IMG/VR virus record: IMGVR_UViG_3300005527_000126
Span: 1 to 37,775 of that record
Source of the DNA: a virus
Taxonomy: Duplodnaviria > Caudoviricetes
Length of the DNA: 37,775 nucleotides
Direction: 5' to 3' (one strand)
Position numbers and translations under genes: made by a program. Positions within the stretch are counted from its first letter, which is position 1. Each line of letters starts with the position of its first letter. The notes beneath the pieces were generated by a model, which was not told where the DNA came from, searched no databases, and saw only the letters and a program-made list of their open reading frames with translations. Positions 1-9,300 of this stretch are shown one piece after another.

Positions 1-1610
1 TCTTGCTCTTTTAATTTTGACCATTGAACGGTAGTAGAAGCATCGCCTAAAACTTTTCTGTTTGACTCCCGTAGTTGCTGAAGCATACCTTCCGTTCCTT
101 CCTCACCATAAAAGACCCTTTTCTTTCTGTCATCTTTTTCTTCAGCAAGTAACTTTTCTCTTACATCTTCAGGCAAAGTATAGTACCAATTCTTAAACTG
201 TTCTTTTAATGCGTTTATTTTTTGAACCTGCTTATTTCTTGCTTCCCTATCTCTATCGGTCTTATTAGGCATTGTCTTTAACTTATCATCCTCTGCCTTT
301 ATTGCGTTAGAAATATCCGGAGTTGAATAACCTAACTCTTTTGCTCGATTAATAATGAACTCTTGTGCATCAGGGGCTCCAATCTCCACGCTTTCGGGAG
401 TCATATTAATACCAAAATTGGTCCACCTTCTATATCCACCTGCAACCATCTCTCCAACTCCTTCCAACATAGCATTGGGTATACCTCCAAGCCAACTACC
501 TTGTTTTGATTTTGCTATGGTATATTTACCAACAGCAACATCCAAGGCTTTTGATTTGGATTGAATAGACTCTTCTTCAGTTAACAGGGAGTTCATTTCC
601 GTAGACAATGCCAATCTCTTTTGTTCCAATTGGGTTAATTTATTTTGGAACTCAGGAGTGTTTCTTTGTTCAATAGGAGTATTAGCTAATGCAGTTGCTT
701 CTGATTCATACTGCGACTTCTTTACCAAAAACTCTTTCTGTTTTTTATTCAACGCAAGAGCAAAGTCATTTATTTTTTTAACCTCATCGTCAACCTGCTT
801 CTGCGAGTTGAATTTCTTATCCTGCTCCTTCATTGTTTTTTCAAGAGCATACAATCTTTTTTGAGGAGTATTTTGCTTGATAAAATCTTGCAACTTCTGA
901 GCCTCATTTGTAGACTTTGCATTTCTGAAATTGTCCAATGATATTTCTATCACCTTACCGTTAGGAGAAGTTACTTTCATGTAATCACCCAAAGCCCCGG
1001 ACTCTTCAAATTTGAATCCTAAATCACCAAACTGATATTCCATTTCAGGAACAACATATTCTTCAGTCTTATTGACAAGACCTTTATTAATTGACGACAA
1101 TCTATCCTTGAGATATTGACTCTCTCCTGCAGTTGGTTTTACCGGTAACTTATCAAAAATTTCTTCAGCCGCTTTTATCTCAGCAACTATTGGAGCATCC
1201 TTCTTAATCTGAGCAATTTTCTTCTCTGCAAATTGAGGAGTAATTGGCTTTTGTACAAATGAAATGTCAGAACGAATTGGGGCTTGTTTCTGAACAGCTT
1301 TTAAACTTATTTTAGGTTTAACCTCTTCAGTTTCTTGTGGCACCAATCCACCACCGGCCAATGGTAATTCCGTAATACTTTCTTTTTTTTTTGCTTCTTG
1401 AGGAATAGCTATTTGAGAAATTGTAGCAGGCTTATATGTATTAAAAAAAGTTTCTTTATCCTTAATAGTAAGGCCATCTCTAAGAACAACTTCGTAAACT
1501 TTTTCTCTGTACGAATTGTCTTGAGAGTATTGAGTTTTAAATTCTTCAAATGTTTTATTAGTTTTTCCTTCCCTAATTAAAACGTCATATAACTTCTGTA
1601 ATTCGTCCAT
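1..1610 (-). CDS. Large virion/ejection-type protein, N-terminal part (runs off the left edge)
   Basis: Not in the ORF track because its stop lies outside the window. Read by hand from ATG at 1610 (MDELQKLYDVLIREGKTNKTFEEF...), it is open to position 1. It is helical and charged and follows the other internal-virion-like genes. Confidence 0.8.
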   Translation of the reverse strand, partial: MDELQKLYDVLIREGKTNKTFEEFKTQYSQDNSYREKVYEVVLRDGLTIKDKETFFNTYKPATISQIAIPQEAKKKESITELPLAGGGLVPQETEEVKPKISLKAVQKQAPIRSDISFVQKPITPQFAEKKIAQIKKDAPIVAEIKAAEEIFDKLPVKPTAGESQYLKDRLSSINKGLVNKTEEYVVPEMEYQFGDLGFKFEESGALGDYMKVTSPNGKVIEISLDNFRNAKSTNEAQKLQDFIKQNTPQKRLYALEKTMKEQDKKFNSQKQVDDEVKKINDFALALNKKQKEFLVKKSQYESEATALANTPIEQRNTPEFQNKLTQLEQKRLALSTEMNSLLTEEESIQSKSKALDVAVGKYTIAKSKQGSWLGGIPNAMLEGVGEMVAGGYRRWTNFGINMTPESVEIGAPDAQEFIINRAKELGYSTPDISNAIKAEDDKLKTMPNKTDRDREARNKQVQKINALKEQFKNWYYTLPEDVREKLLAEEKDDRKKRVFYGEEGTEGMLQQLRESNRKVLGDASTTVQWSKLKEQ

Positions 1611-1628
1611 TGTTATTTTTTATGAGTA

Positions 1629-3413
1629 TTACAATTCAGGTTCTACAGCCATCCCCCCACTATTATCATTTACGAACTTTTCAACGTCTTCCTTAATCTT
1701 TTCTCCACGCTCTCCAAAAGCCTTAGAAGTATATGTAAAAGTTTTCCCGTTAGGGGCGGTCACTAAAATAGTATTACCAAAACGACCACCCTTATCTTCT
1801 ACTTTAAATCCTGCAGGTAAAGATGACTGTAAGTTTTTTGAGGCTATTGACGATTCAAGACTAACTGCTGTTGAAGGCATAACATAATTAACAATAGCAG
1901 TAGCTGTTTCTCCTTGTCTTGACGAAACAATGCCTTTGTACTCTTCTTTACTGAGTCGTCCAAATCCTGAACCTCCTCCTCCTGCCATCATAGCTTTTTT
2001 CCTATCTACAACACCATGCAACTCCACACCTGCTGCAGAAAAGTCTCCAAAATTAACAGGATTGCCACTTGCGTCAAGATAACTAATAGGTCTGTTTTTC
2101 TTAGAGTCTTTATATCTTAATAAAATTTTACCGGGCTGAGACATATCAATTGCTACCAATCCTTCTTCTTTAGCCATAGGAGTTCCTAATAAAATATCTG
2201 CAGCTGCTTTCTTTTCAGCAGCTGTTTTACCTGTATATAATTGATTCCATGCACCTGAAGCTAATTGTTGTATTTTTTGTTTATCACCTCTAACAGCCTC
2301 CCATTCAGAAGGCTGTCTGCTCTCTTGTAATTGCGCTTGACCGGTTGCATTTTGTTTTTGAATCATATCATATTTTGCACGAACCTCGTTTCTCATAAAT
2401 TCATTAGAAACCTTTATTTGTTCTTCATTAAATTCGGGCATCGGTCTTCCCGTTGCAGGGTCAACCTTTATTAACACCTTCTCAGGATTCGCTTTAGCAT
2501 CTGCGGCATCATATGTAAACGTATATTGCTTCCCGTTTGGAGCAAACTTCTTACTATTAGTAAGCACAGAAAGTCTATTAAAAGGATTTGCAAGAGACGC
2601 ACTTATCATTTGATTCTCTGCATCTATGAACTTGAACATTATACTTTTTGTCTCCGGGTCTATGTCAACTCTTTTTGTAATATCTTCAACAGATGTAATA
2701 ACACCACCTCTTGATAAAGTACCAAAAACAATACTTGATGTTTCCTCTTTGCCTAACGAATTAGCAAATGCATCGGTAACAGCATTTGTATTAAATCTAT
2801 CATATCTACCTGCTATATTATTTCTTAATGCATTGATAGTAGTAAACTCGTTAGGGTTTTTGTTCATTGTAAAAACCTGCTTACCATCAACTGTCTGCAT
2901 TTCTCTCATAGCAACACTAACCGTTCCGTCAGTTGGATTGATATACAATTGAGACTTAGTAAAGTCTCCAAACTTCTCAGCTTGACCATTTAACCAAATC
3001 TCAAAATCTTGCGAATCATCTTTCTTATATCGTTCCATCTTATCGGCATAAGATGTATTAAATTCTTTAACAAGGTCAAACGCTTGCTTTGTTCCATCGA
3101 TAAGATTCTGACGGCTGACAATATAATCCTTTAGCTTCATGGCACCGGACTTTAATAGTCTTTCCTGCATCAGCATATACTGAGAGGCATTATCTCCATA
3201 TTCTAAAGCCCATTGGTTTATCCCTTTATGCTGTCCTTGCGGGGCATTAGCCAACTCTATACCAAATCTTCTTGTTGCCTCGTCAATAGCCGCCTTCTTT
3301 TCCTCTCGGATACGCACTTCATTTTGAAGCATATCCGTCATGTTCTTGCCGACCTCAGCCCAATTTATCTGAGAGTCCGCACTTCGTTCTGCATATTTAT
3401 AGTATGTTGCCAT
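1629..3413 (-). CDS. Putative internal virion/ejection protein (594 aa)
   Basis: Long ORF with a helical charged N-terminus, located after the tail genes where podoviruses encode ejected core proteins. Function is inferred from position. Confidence 0.6.
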   Translation of the reverse strand: MATYYKYAERSADSQINWAEVGKNMTDMLQNEVRIREEKKAAIDEATRRFGIELANAPQGQHKGINQWALEYGDNASQYMLMQERLLKSGAMKLKDYIVSRQNLIDGTKQAFDLVKEFNTSYADKMERYKKDDSQDFEIWLNGQAEKFGDFTKSQLYINPTDGTVSVAMREMQTVDGKQVFTMNKNPNEFTTINALRNNIAGRYDRFNTNAVTDAFANSLGKEETSSIVFGTLSRGGVITSVEDITKRVDIDPETKSIMFKFIDAENQMISASLANPFNRLSVLTNSKKFAPNGKQYTFTYDAADAKANPEKVLIKVDPATGRPMPEFNEEQIKVSNEFMRNEVRAKYDMIQKQNATGQAQLQESRQPSEWEAVRGDKQKIQQLASGAWNQLYTGKTAAEKKAAADILLGTPMAKEEGLVAIDMSQPGKILLRYKDSKKNRPISYLDASGNPVNFGDFSAAGVELHGVVDRKKAMMAGGGGSGFGRLSKEEYKGIVSSRQGETATAIVNYVMPSTAVSLESSIASKNLQSSLPAGFKVEDKGGRFGNTILVTAPNGKTFTYTSKAFGERGEKIKEDVEKFVNDNSGGMAVEPEL

Positions 3414-3433
3414 TGAGAAATTTTATAATTAGT

Positions 3434-4294
3434 TTATTTAACTAATGGAGGATTAAAAAGTAAATCTTCTCCTAACATATATTTTGGAGAAAACTGCGTA
3501 AGCCCCTTTCGCTGAGTGAATAATCCAACCTGCTGCGCTCCAATCTGACGGATAATTTTCGGGTCTATCTTACTCATAAAGTCTTGGTATTGACTCCTAT
3601 TCATACCTGATACCTTGCTAAAATCAATACCATCAACGGTACCCATCATACCTATATCTGCTTGTAGCTGCTCAGGAGTCATACCTGCTTTTTGAGCAAG
3701 TTGCTCTGCAGCGTTAAACTGTTTAACAGCCGCTGACTTCTGATATAATGGAGCAAGAGAAGCAACCTGACTTCCTAAACTCACAACACCCTCCATACCT
3801 TGCTGCATAGCCTGAGCACTAAGTTCAGCTGCATTAGCCGCAGCTAATTGAGCACCTGCAACTTCTTCCAAATCTAATTGAACACCAATATCCCTGAGCC
3901 TGCCCTCTTCCTGTGCGGTAAGTCTCTCAAGACCGGCCATCTCTTGACCCATGGCTGTTCTAACTCCGGCCTGACCTTCCTGCTGTGCCATTTGTATACG
4001 TCCTGCTGTGGCTGCGGCACCTCTTTCACTCTCAACACCTGCTTGTATAGCCTGAGCGCCCTGAGATAGCAATGCCTCTCTCTCTAACTCGTATGGTTCT
4101 TTTTGAATGGCTAATTTCTCATAGACATTAATCTCAAGTTTTTTACGAGCCTCCTGCATAGCCTCCTCTGCATCACGTTCAGCTTGCTTCATGGCTCTCT
4201 TTTGTTTGCCTGCCTGAGCAAACGACATTCCGGTAGATGCAGCTGTTGCCGCTATGCTTACTCCTGCTAAAATAGCTGATGTTGCAATTGCCAT
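3434..4294 (-). CDS. Putative ejection/pilot protein (286 aa)
   Basis: Ala/Gly-rich hydrophobic N-terminus (MAIATSAILAGVSIAATAAS) followed by an Ala/Gln-rich coiled coil, as in podovirus DNA-transfer proteins (T7 gp14/P22 gp7 position). Confidence 0.65.
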   Translation of the reverse strand: MAIATSAILAGVSIAATAASTGMSFAQAGKQKRAMKQAERDAEEAMQEARKKLEINVYEKLAIQKEPYELEREALLSQGAQAIQAGVESERGAAATAGRIQMAQQEGQAGVRTAMGQEMAGLERLTAQEEGRLRDIGVQLDLEEVAGAQLAAANAAELSAQAMQQGMEGVVSLGSQVASLAPLYQKSAAVKQFNAAEQLAQKAGMTPEQLQADIGMMGTVDGIDFSKVSGMNRSQYQDFMSKIDPKIIRQIGAQQVGLFTQRKGLTQFSPKYMLGEDLLFNPPLVK

Positions 4295-4295
4295 A

Positions 4296-4706
4296 TTATA
4301 ATTTTTTAATCATTTCACTTGTGTATGAATCGCCCTTTATATAACCGAGTTCCTCATACGTATTTATAAGACTCTCGTTCTTTATCAAGGCGTAGACATA
4401 TGAACTGCCTGCATCTTTGCATATTTTCGTCAAAGAAGAAACCAATAACATAAGTGCCTCTTTTCTTTTTGGCTTATCCCTGTATTCTCTGTTTGAGATA
4501 ATCCAATCAACCCATGACACCTTCGAGTTTGTCAGATACATAAACCCGGCACAAACAGGTGTATCGTTATCGTAAACAATAATGCCGCCTTTGCCATTAT
4601 TCGGAAGGAAATCTTTATTAGGAGGAACCCATCCCCACTGCTGCCACCAACCCATAAGAGTCTCTTCGTAATCAACTTCGTTCAGTTCTCGTATAAAAAA
4701 TTCCAT
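4296..4706 (-). CDS. GNAT-fold acetyltransferase-like protein (T7 gp13-like position)
   Basis: 136 aa with a GNAT-like pattern: IRELNEVD at the start, GIIVY..PVCAGFMY, WVDWIISNREYR and YEELGY near the end. It lies between the nozzle and ejection genes. Confidence 0.6.
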   Translation of the reverse strand: MEFFIRELNEVDYEETLMGWWQQWGWVPPNKDFLPNNGKGGIIVYDNDTPVCAGFMYLTNSKVSWVDWIISNREYRDKPKRKEALMLLVSSLTKICKDAGSSYVYALIKNESLINTYEELGYIKGDSYTSEMIKKL

Positions 4707-4713
4707 ATTCCTA

Positions 4714-4721
4714 CAAATGTA
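4714..4721 (-). promoter_or_regulatory. Bacteroidota-type -7 promoter box TACATTTG
   Basis: Matches TAnnTTTG in the intergenic gap, 7 nt upstream of the ATG at 4706. Confidence 0.55.
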
Positions 4722-4727
4722 TTGAAT

Positions 4728-5531
4728 TTAAGGAAAACTTTTCATAACCTCTGTCTGTACAACAAACAATTCCACCTTACTTGTGGATGAGTTTGTAATA
4801 TTAAAAATACAATAATGCCCCAACACGCCATGCGACTCAGCTACAGAATTTTTGATATACAAAAAGAATGCATCCTGAATCGGTATTGGAACAGTTCCGG
4901 GTATTGATGTATTAATTGTTAATTGGTTTATGTTGTTTGGGAGGTCTACAGTTATAGCCGTAACCCTGCCGGCAAGAACAGGAGTAGTATAAGGAGGCAA
5001 GGAAAAGTATAAAAGGTCGCCAATGCTGATAATACTGCCAATTGAAATGGTAAGCGGAAACTTAACAATATTTCCACCTGTTACTTGGGAACTTCTTCCA
5101 ATACCATTTACGCTTCTCAATGCAAGTTCGCCAATTGAATTATTGCGAACAAAAGCAAAAAATGCAGCCTCCTTTTTCTCAAACCAATTCGCTTCAATAA
5201 ATCCTGAAAACTGTAAGTCAGTCTGTAATGTAACGTCCCATTTGGCATCTCCTTCCAAATTTATCGTCTTAAATAATTTGTTCTCAAGAGGAGATGCATT
5301 GAAAACACTTTGAAGTGTAGCCGGAGTAAAGGCTCCTGCAGGGTTTCCAATCTTTATAAACCAAGGCGTATAAAAAGTATTTCTACTTTCGTTTACATTG
5401 TGTCGATACAAGTCCCCGCCTTTGAAAGTGTAAAAATAATTATTCATTCCTATCATCCAATCAGGATAATAAGAATAAAAAGAAACCCATCCATCAACCA
5501 TGTCACTATATGATAGCGTATAATTTGCCAT
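4728..5531 (-). CDS. Tail nozzle/stabilisation protein C-terminal-like module (267 aa)
   Basis: Begins YTLSYSDMVDGWVSFYSY..MNNYFYTFKGGDLYRHN..RNTFY..VFN..KLFKTINLEG..FEKKEAAFFAFV. I recognise this pattern as the C-terminal part of tail stabilisation proteins of Bacteroidota podoviruses. Confidence 0.6.
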   Translation of the reverse strand: MANYTLSYSDMVDGWVSFYSYYPDWMIGMNNYFYTFKGGDLYRHNVNESRNTFYTPWFIKIGNPAGAFTPATLQSVFNASPLENKLFKTINLEGDAKWDVTLQTDLQFSGFIEANWFEKKEAAFFAFVRNNSIGELALRSVNGIGRSSQVTGGNIVKFPLTISIGSIISIGDLLYFSLPPYTTPVLAGRVTAITVDLPNNINQLTINTSIPGTVPIPIQDAFFLYIKNSVAESHGVLGHYCIFNITNSSTSKVELFVVQTEVMKSFP

Positions 5532-5542
5532 AGTTATTTATT

Positions 5543-6295
5543 TTATAGACACCCTGCATCACAAGATGTAAATATATCTAAGTTTAATGTTGTCCCTAAA
5601 TCAGTATTCAACACAGTATAAAGTGTACTTGTTAATGTAGTTGAAGATACCAAACAAGAGGAATCGTTAATAATTCCTAAACAAATTGCATTAGCCGTAT
5701 CACTTGGAGATGTACACCCGGTTGCAGTTGCTACAACACCAATTACATCATCTTCGTATACTGTGTAGGTCCCGCTTGATGATGCACTCCTACTCTCAAC
5801 AATAATACCATTTACATACAAATCCATTGTTCCTACTAAATCTGTATCTGTAAAAGTCCAAGATAATGTAGCAGACGTTGCAGGGCAATTTCCTATAGCT
5901 ATTACAACACCAAAACTATTAACTTCAAACCAATCATTCCCCCCTGAAATAGAACCTGATGCTCTATAAAATCCCTCTTCAAGAGTTGTTGTTGCACAGG
6001 AATCAGTAGTTATAGTATCCCCAAGGTTTATAATACCCGATGGGCTATAATAAGTTTCTGTCTCACCCAACAAACAACACGTAGCAGACGATACAGCCGA
6101 TACGCTTGCATCAAATGGTATATATGAAGGGCATATCTGTTGTGGCAACAAAACACCATCAAGCTGCTGCCTAACAATAACACCTTCAGCGTAATATCCG
6201 TCAGCAGAAATAGTAGTCAATGATGCATCATCAAAAACAGATGTTGCTGATGCGAGAGAAGGAGCGTTTAAATAATATATTCCACTTGTTGCCAT
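5543..6295 (-). CDS. Cys/Ser/Thr-rich putative tail-associated virion protein (250 aa; ATG at 6295 preferred over TTG at 6325)
   Basis: A-rich leader before ATG GCA ACA AGT. Beta-rich sequence with two YY...D...TT...G(Y/F)Y...GV...C repeats. Confidence 0.6.
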   Translation of the reverse strand: MATSGIYYLNAPSLASATSVFDDASLTTISADGYYAEGVIVRQQLDGVLLPQQICPSYIPFDASVSAVSSATCCLLGETETYYSPSGIINLGDTITTDSCATTTLEEGFYRASGSISGGNDWFEVNSFGVVIAIGNCPATSATLSWTFTDTDLVGTMDLYVNGIIVESRSASSSGTYTVYEDDVIGVVATATGCTSPSDTANAICLGIINDSSCLVSSTTLTSTLYTVLNTDLGTTLNLDIFTSCDAGCL

Positions 6296-6306
6296 ATAAA
6301 ATTTTA

Positions 6307-9300
6307 TTAAAGAGGTTCGGTACAATTACAACAAACATCTATTATACTTTCACTTGAATAACAAAGTTCAACAGGAACAGATTCTCTAAAGTCCCATATT
6401 AAATATAAATAATCTTGCAATCCCGGAACAGTAAAGTTTGCGAAATTATACGCACCTCCTCCTTGATTTGGAGTAGCCGTAGTTGCTAATCCTAACAAAG
6501 TATTAATATCTAACGGGTTATTGTTATATAGTGTATCTGATACATGATACCTAAACGAGTCACTTGCAGGGTCAAATACAAATGTATCTGTAGCAAACTT
6601 ATTAGAAATCAAACTAACAACACTTCCTGCGGGTGGGAATCCACCTGACCCTACAAAACTTGTTGCTGCAGTATACTTCGATACAAGAGGAGATGTTGTC
6701 CCTGAAGCAAAAGTTACAAGACTTGATTGCAATGGAGACGTATATGAGCCGCTTACATACCTATATTGGGTATGTACGGTTTGGCCTGAATCAAAATCAT
6801 TAGTCAATACTATCTGAACAACTGTTAAAGATTGAGCCTGACAACAATTTGCAAGTACATTTAAGACAATATCACCTGTATAATTTATTGTAATGGATAC
6901 AGTCTCAGCAGTAATACTATCCTTGTCAAAGGTAATTACACCACTCTCATTAATAAACCCTGTAGAATCTGTTACTCCATTATAATCTATTGCAATCTCA
7001 AAAGACCCCCCTTCGCTTATTGAAACAACTGTATATTCAATGTCAGCAATACCTATGGTTGGGCCTAAATCAACACAATACTCAATTGTTTTAATTTCTT
7101 CTTCTAATGTTGTTAATGTAAATGTTTGAGATATACCACATTCTAAACACTCAGGATTATAAGGAAGACCAACTTCATTGCTTGATAAAACATACTCATT
7201 CATGTAAGGGTCAAACCCTCCAAGTTTCTGAGTATTAAAAGACTCGTTGAATGTATCTCTGAACCAAGTTCTCATGTTCATGTCTGAGATAACTTTCAAT
7301 TGGTCTTGCGTGTATGAATCGCCTCTTAATTGCAGAACGGCTCCACGCTTTATATCGGTGAAGTATCTGTCGTAACCCCATTGCGTGTAACTCTCCGGAT
7401 TGAAACTGATACCATACTTCTCTGTCCGGGCAATCTGTGTTCCCAATACCTGAGGTACTGATGCAATCACACCGCCACCGGTAGAGTCTGAAATCAAATT
7501 CTTGTCGGCCAATACGTAAGAGATTTTATCCTCCTGAAGAACAAGAACATCAGTCTGTCTTCCATCAATCACATAAATATTGCCAAACGACGGCTCTAAT
7601 ACTTTATAGTTAAGAAGACCTAAGTTAAACTCATTAAGTTTATTAACGTTTGATTCGGCACTATAAACACCACTATATGTAATATCGGCAAATCGGTCAG
7701 CTTCTTTGTAATCCTGAGCCGACACACTTGTAACTCTATTGCCAAGATTAAATGAGTTCCCAACAATAGAGTCCCTTATCTTATAACTTTCTGCTCCGTT
7801 TCCAAACGCAAAACAATTAAAAAACTTAGTATCTATTATTGCGGGGACACCATTTGGTATATCTTGGTCTTGTATATTACCCATGTGATTGCCATCTACA
7901 ATAGCAAAAGACATTTCGTTTTCAAAAAACACATCAGGCAATGCATCACTTGGAAGAGTTTCAAATATCAAAGTTTTATCAGAACGAAACACAGTTATGT
8001 TTACCTCTATATTTGATGCACGAGACAAAGGATAGTTGATACCATTACAAGGCAACGTTCCTGTTACCATCAATTGCAATTCATTGGTAGTAGTGTTTCT
8101 ATAAAATCTATAATAGTTAGTACATAAAGCAGTTGGTATATCTCCTAATGTATTCGTTATGCCGGATACAAATTGATTATCCGGAACGCACTGACCTGCT
8201 CCTGCGTAACGTATGCCATCATTTAAAATTTGTTGCACGTTATCACCAACAAACCAATCATACATATTATCGTATGAGTTAGAAGATATTAATGTCTTCT
8301 CCAATAAGTTTCTTCTCTCTTCACAATTATTACCAACACCACCTCTCGACTGTTTAATACTTAATACTATCCTGCTTCCTGCAGGAATATTATAGTCAGA
8401 AAATTCCCACGTAGGATTCAATGGGTCAAAACCCGCAGTCCTCACAGTATTCATTGGATAATATAAGATAGGGAACGGGCCTCCTCTTGGAGAAGTTTTT
8501 GTTATTTTACCCGGTGCAATAATTGCCAACTCATCCTGAATTATATTGAAGCTGTTTGGATTAATCTTCATGTATACACCTGCAGGAATTGGAATTAAAA
8601 CAGAAGGGTCTAATACACTTGGTATCTCAATAAAGTTTGAAGCCTGAGCAGACTTCTCAAGAACAGTAGCATACACGCAAGATGTTGTAGCACCGTTTGA
8701 ATCTGCCTTTACAATTAACCTGTCTCCCACTTCAATCTTTCTTGCATTTTCTCCTTCAAGAAGAAAGTATGCATTATTGGTTAATGGGTCTTGGAAAAAT
8801 ATGCTGCAATAAATTGTCTCATAATTCTCTTGGTCAGGCTTAATTACAAATTTGTATCGTGTAGCCCAAGCCGGAGGCAATTGTGTTGGAGGGATTGTTA
8901 CCTGAATAGAGTTTTTAAAAGAAGAAAACCCACAAGGAATATGTTCTGTATTATTTGGACTTACGAGAGCCGTAGTTGCTCTATTAAAATCATCCATATA
9001 CACAATGCCAATCTCGTAATCTCTGTTGCTATGTAAACTTTGTGGATTAGCAATCTCCTGAAATGTAGCTTCTGCAAAAGAAACATCATAGTATTCATAT
9101 ACCGTTTGAGTAGGAGTAATCAAATTGTCTACGTATCTCATTGCCGGAAACTGAAATCCTATTATACTGCTTGATGGTGATGTTACTATTAGAATAGGCT
9201 GATTAACTGCGCTTATCCCACTGCCATTTTTTGTAAGCGTATCCAAGTTATTAGGAACCGCACAATTAAATGAATCAGTAAATGTTATTCCGTTACAGGC

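Noticed and set aside
5532-6325. Programmed frameshifts fusing the 1479-, 250- and 267-aa genes
   Set aside because: There is no canonical slippery heptamer at the first junction, an in-frame TAA precedes the third gene, and each gene has its own A-rich ATG.
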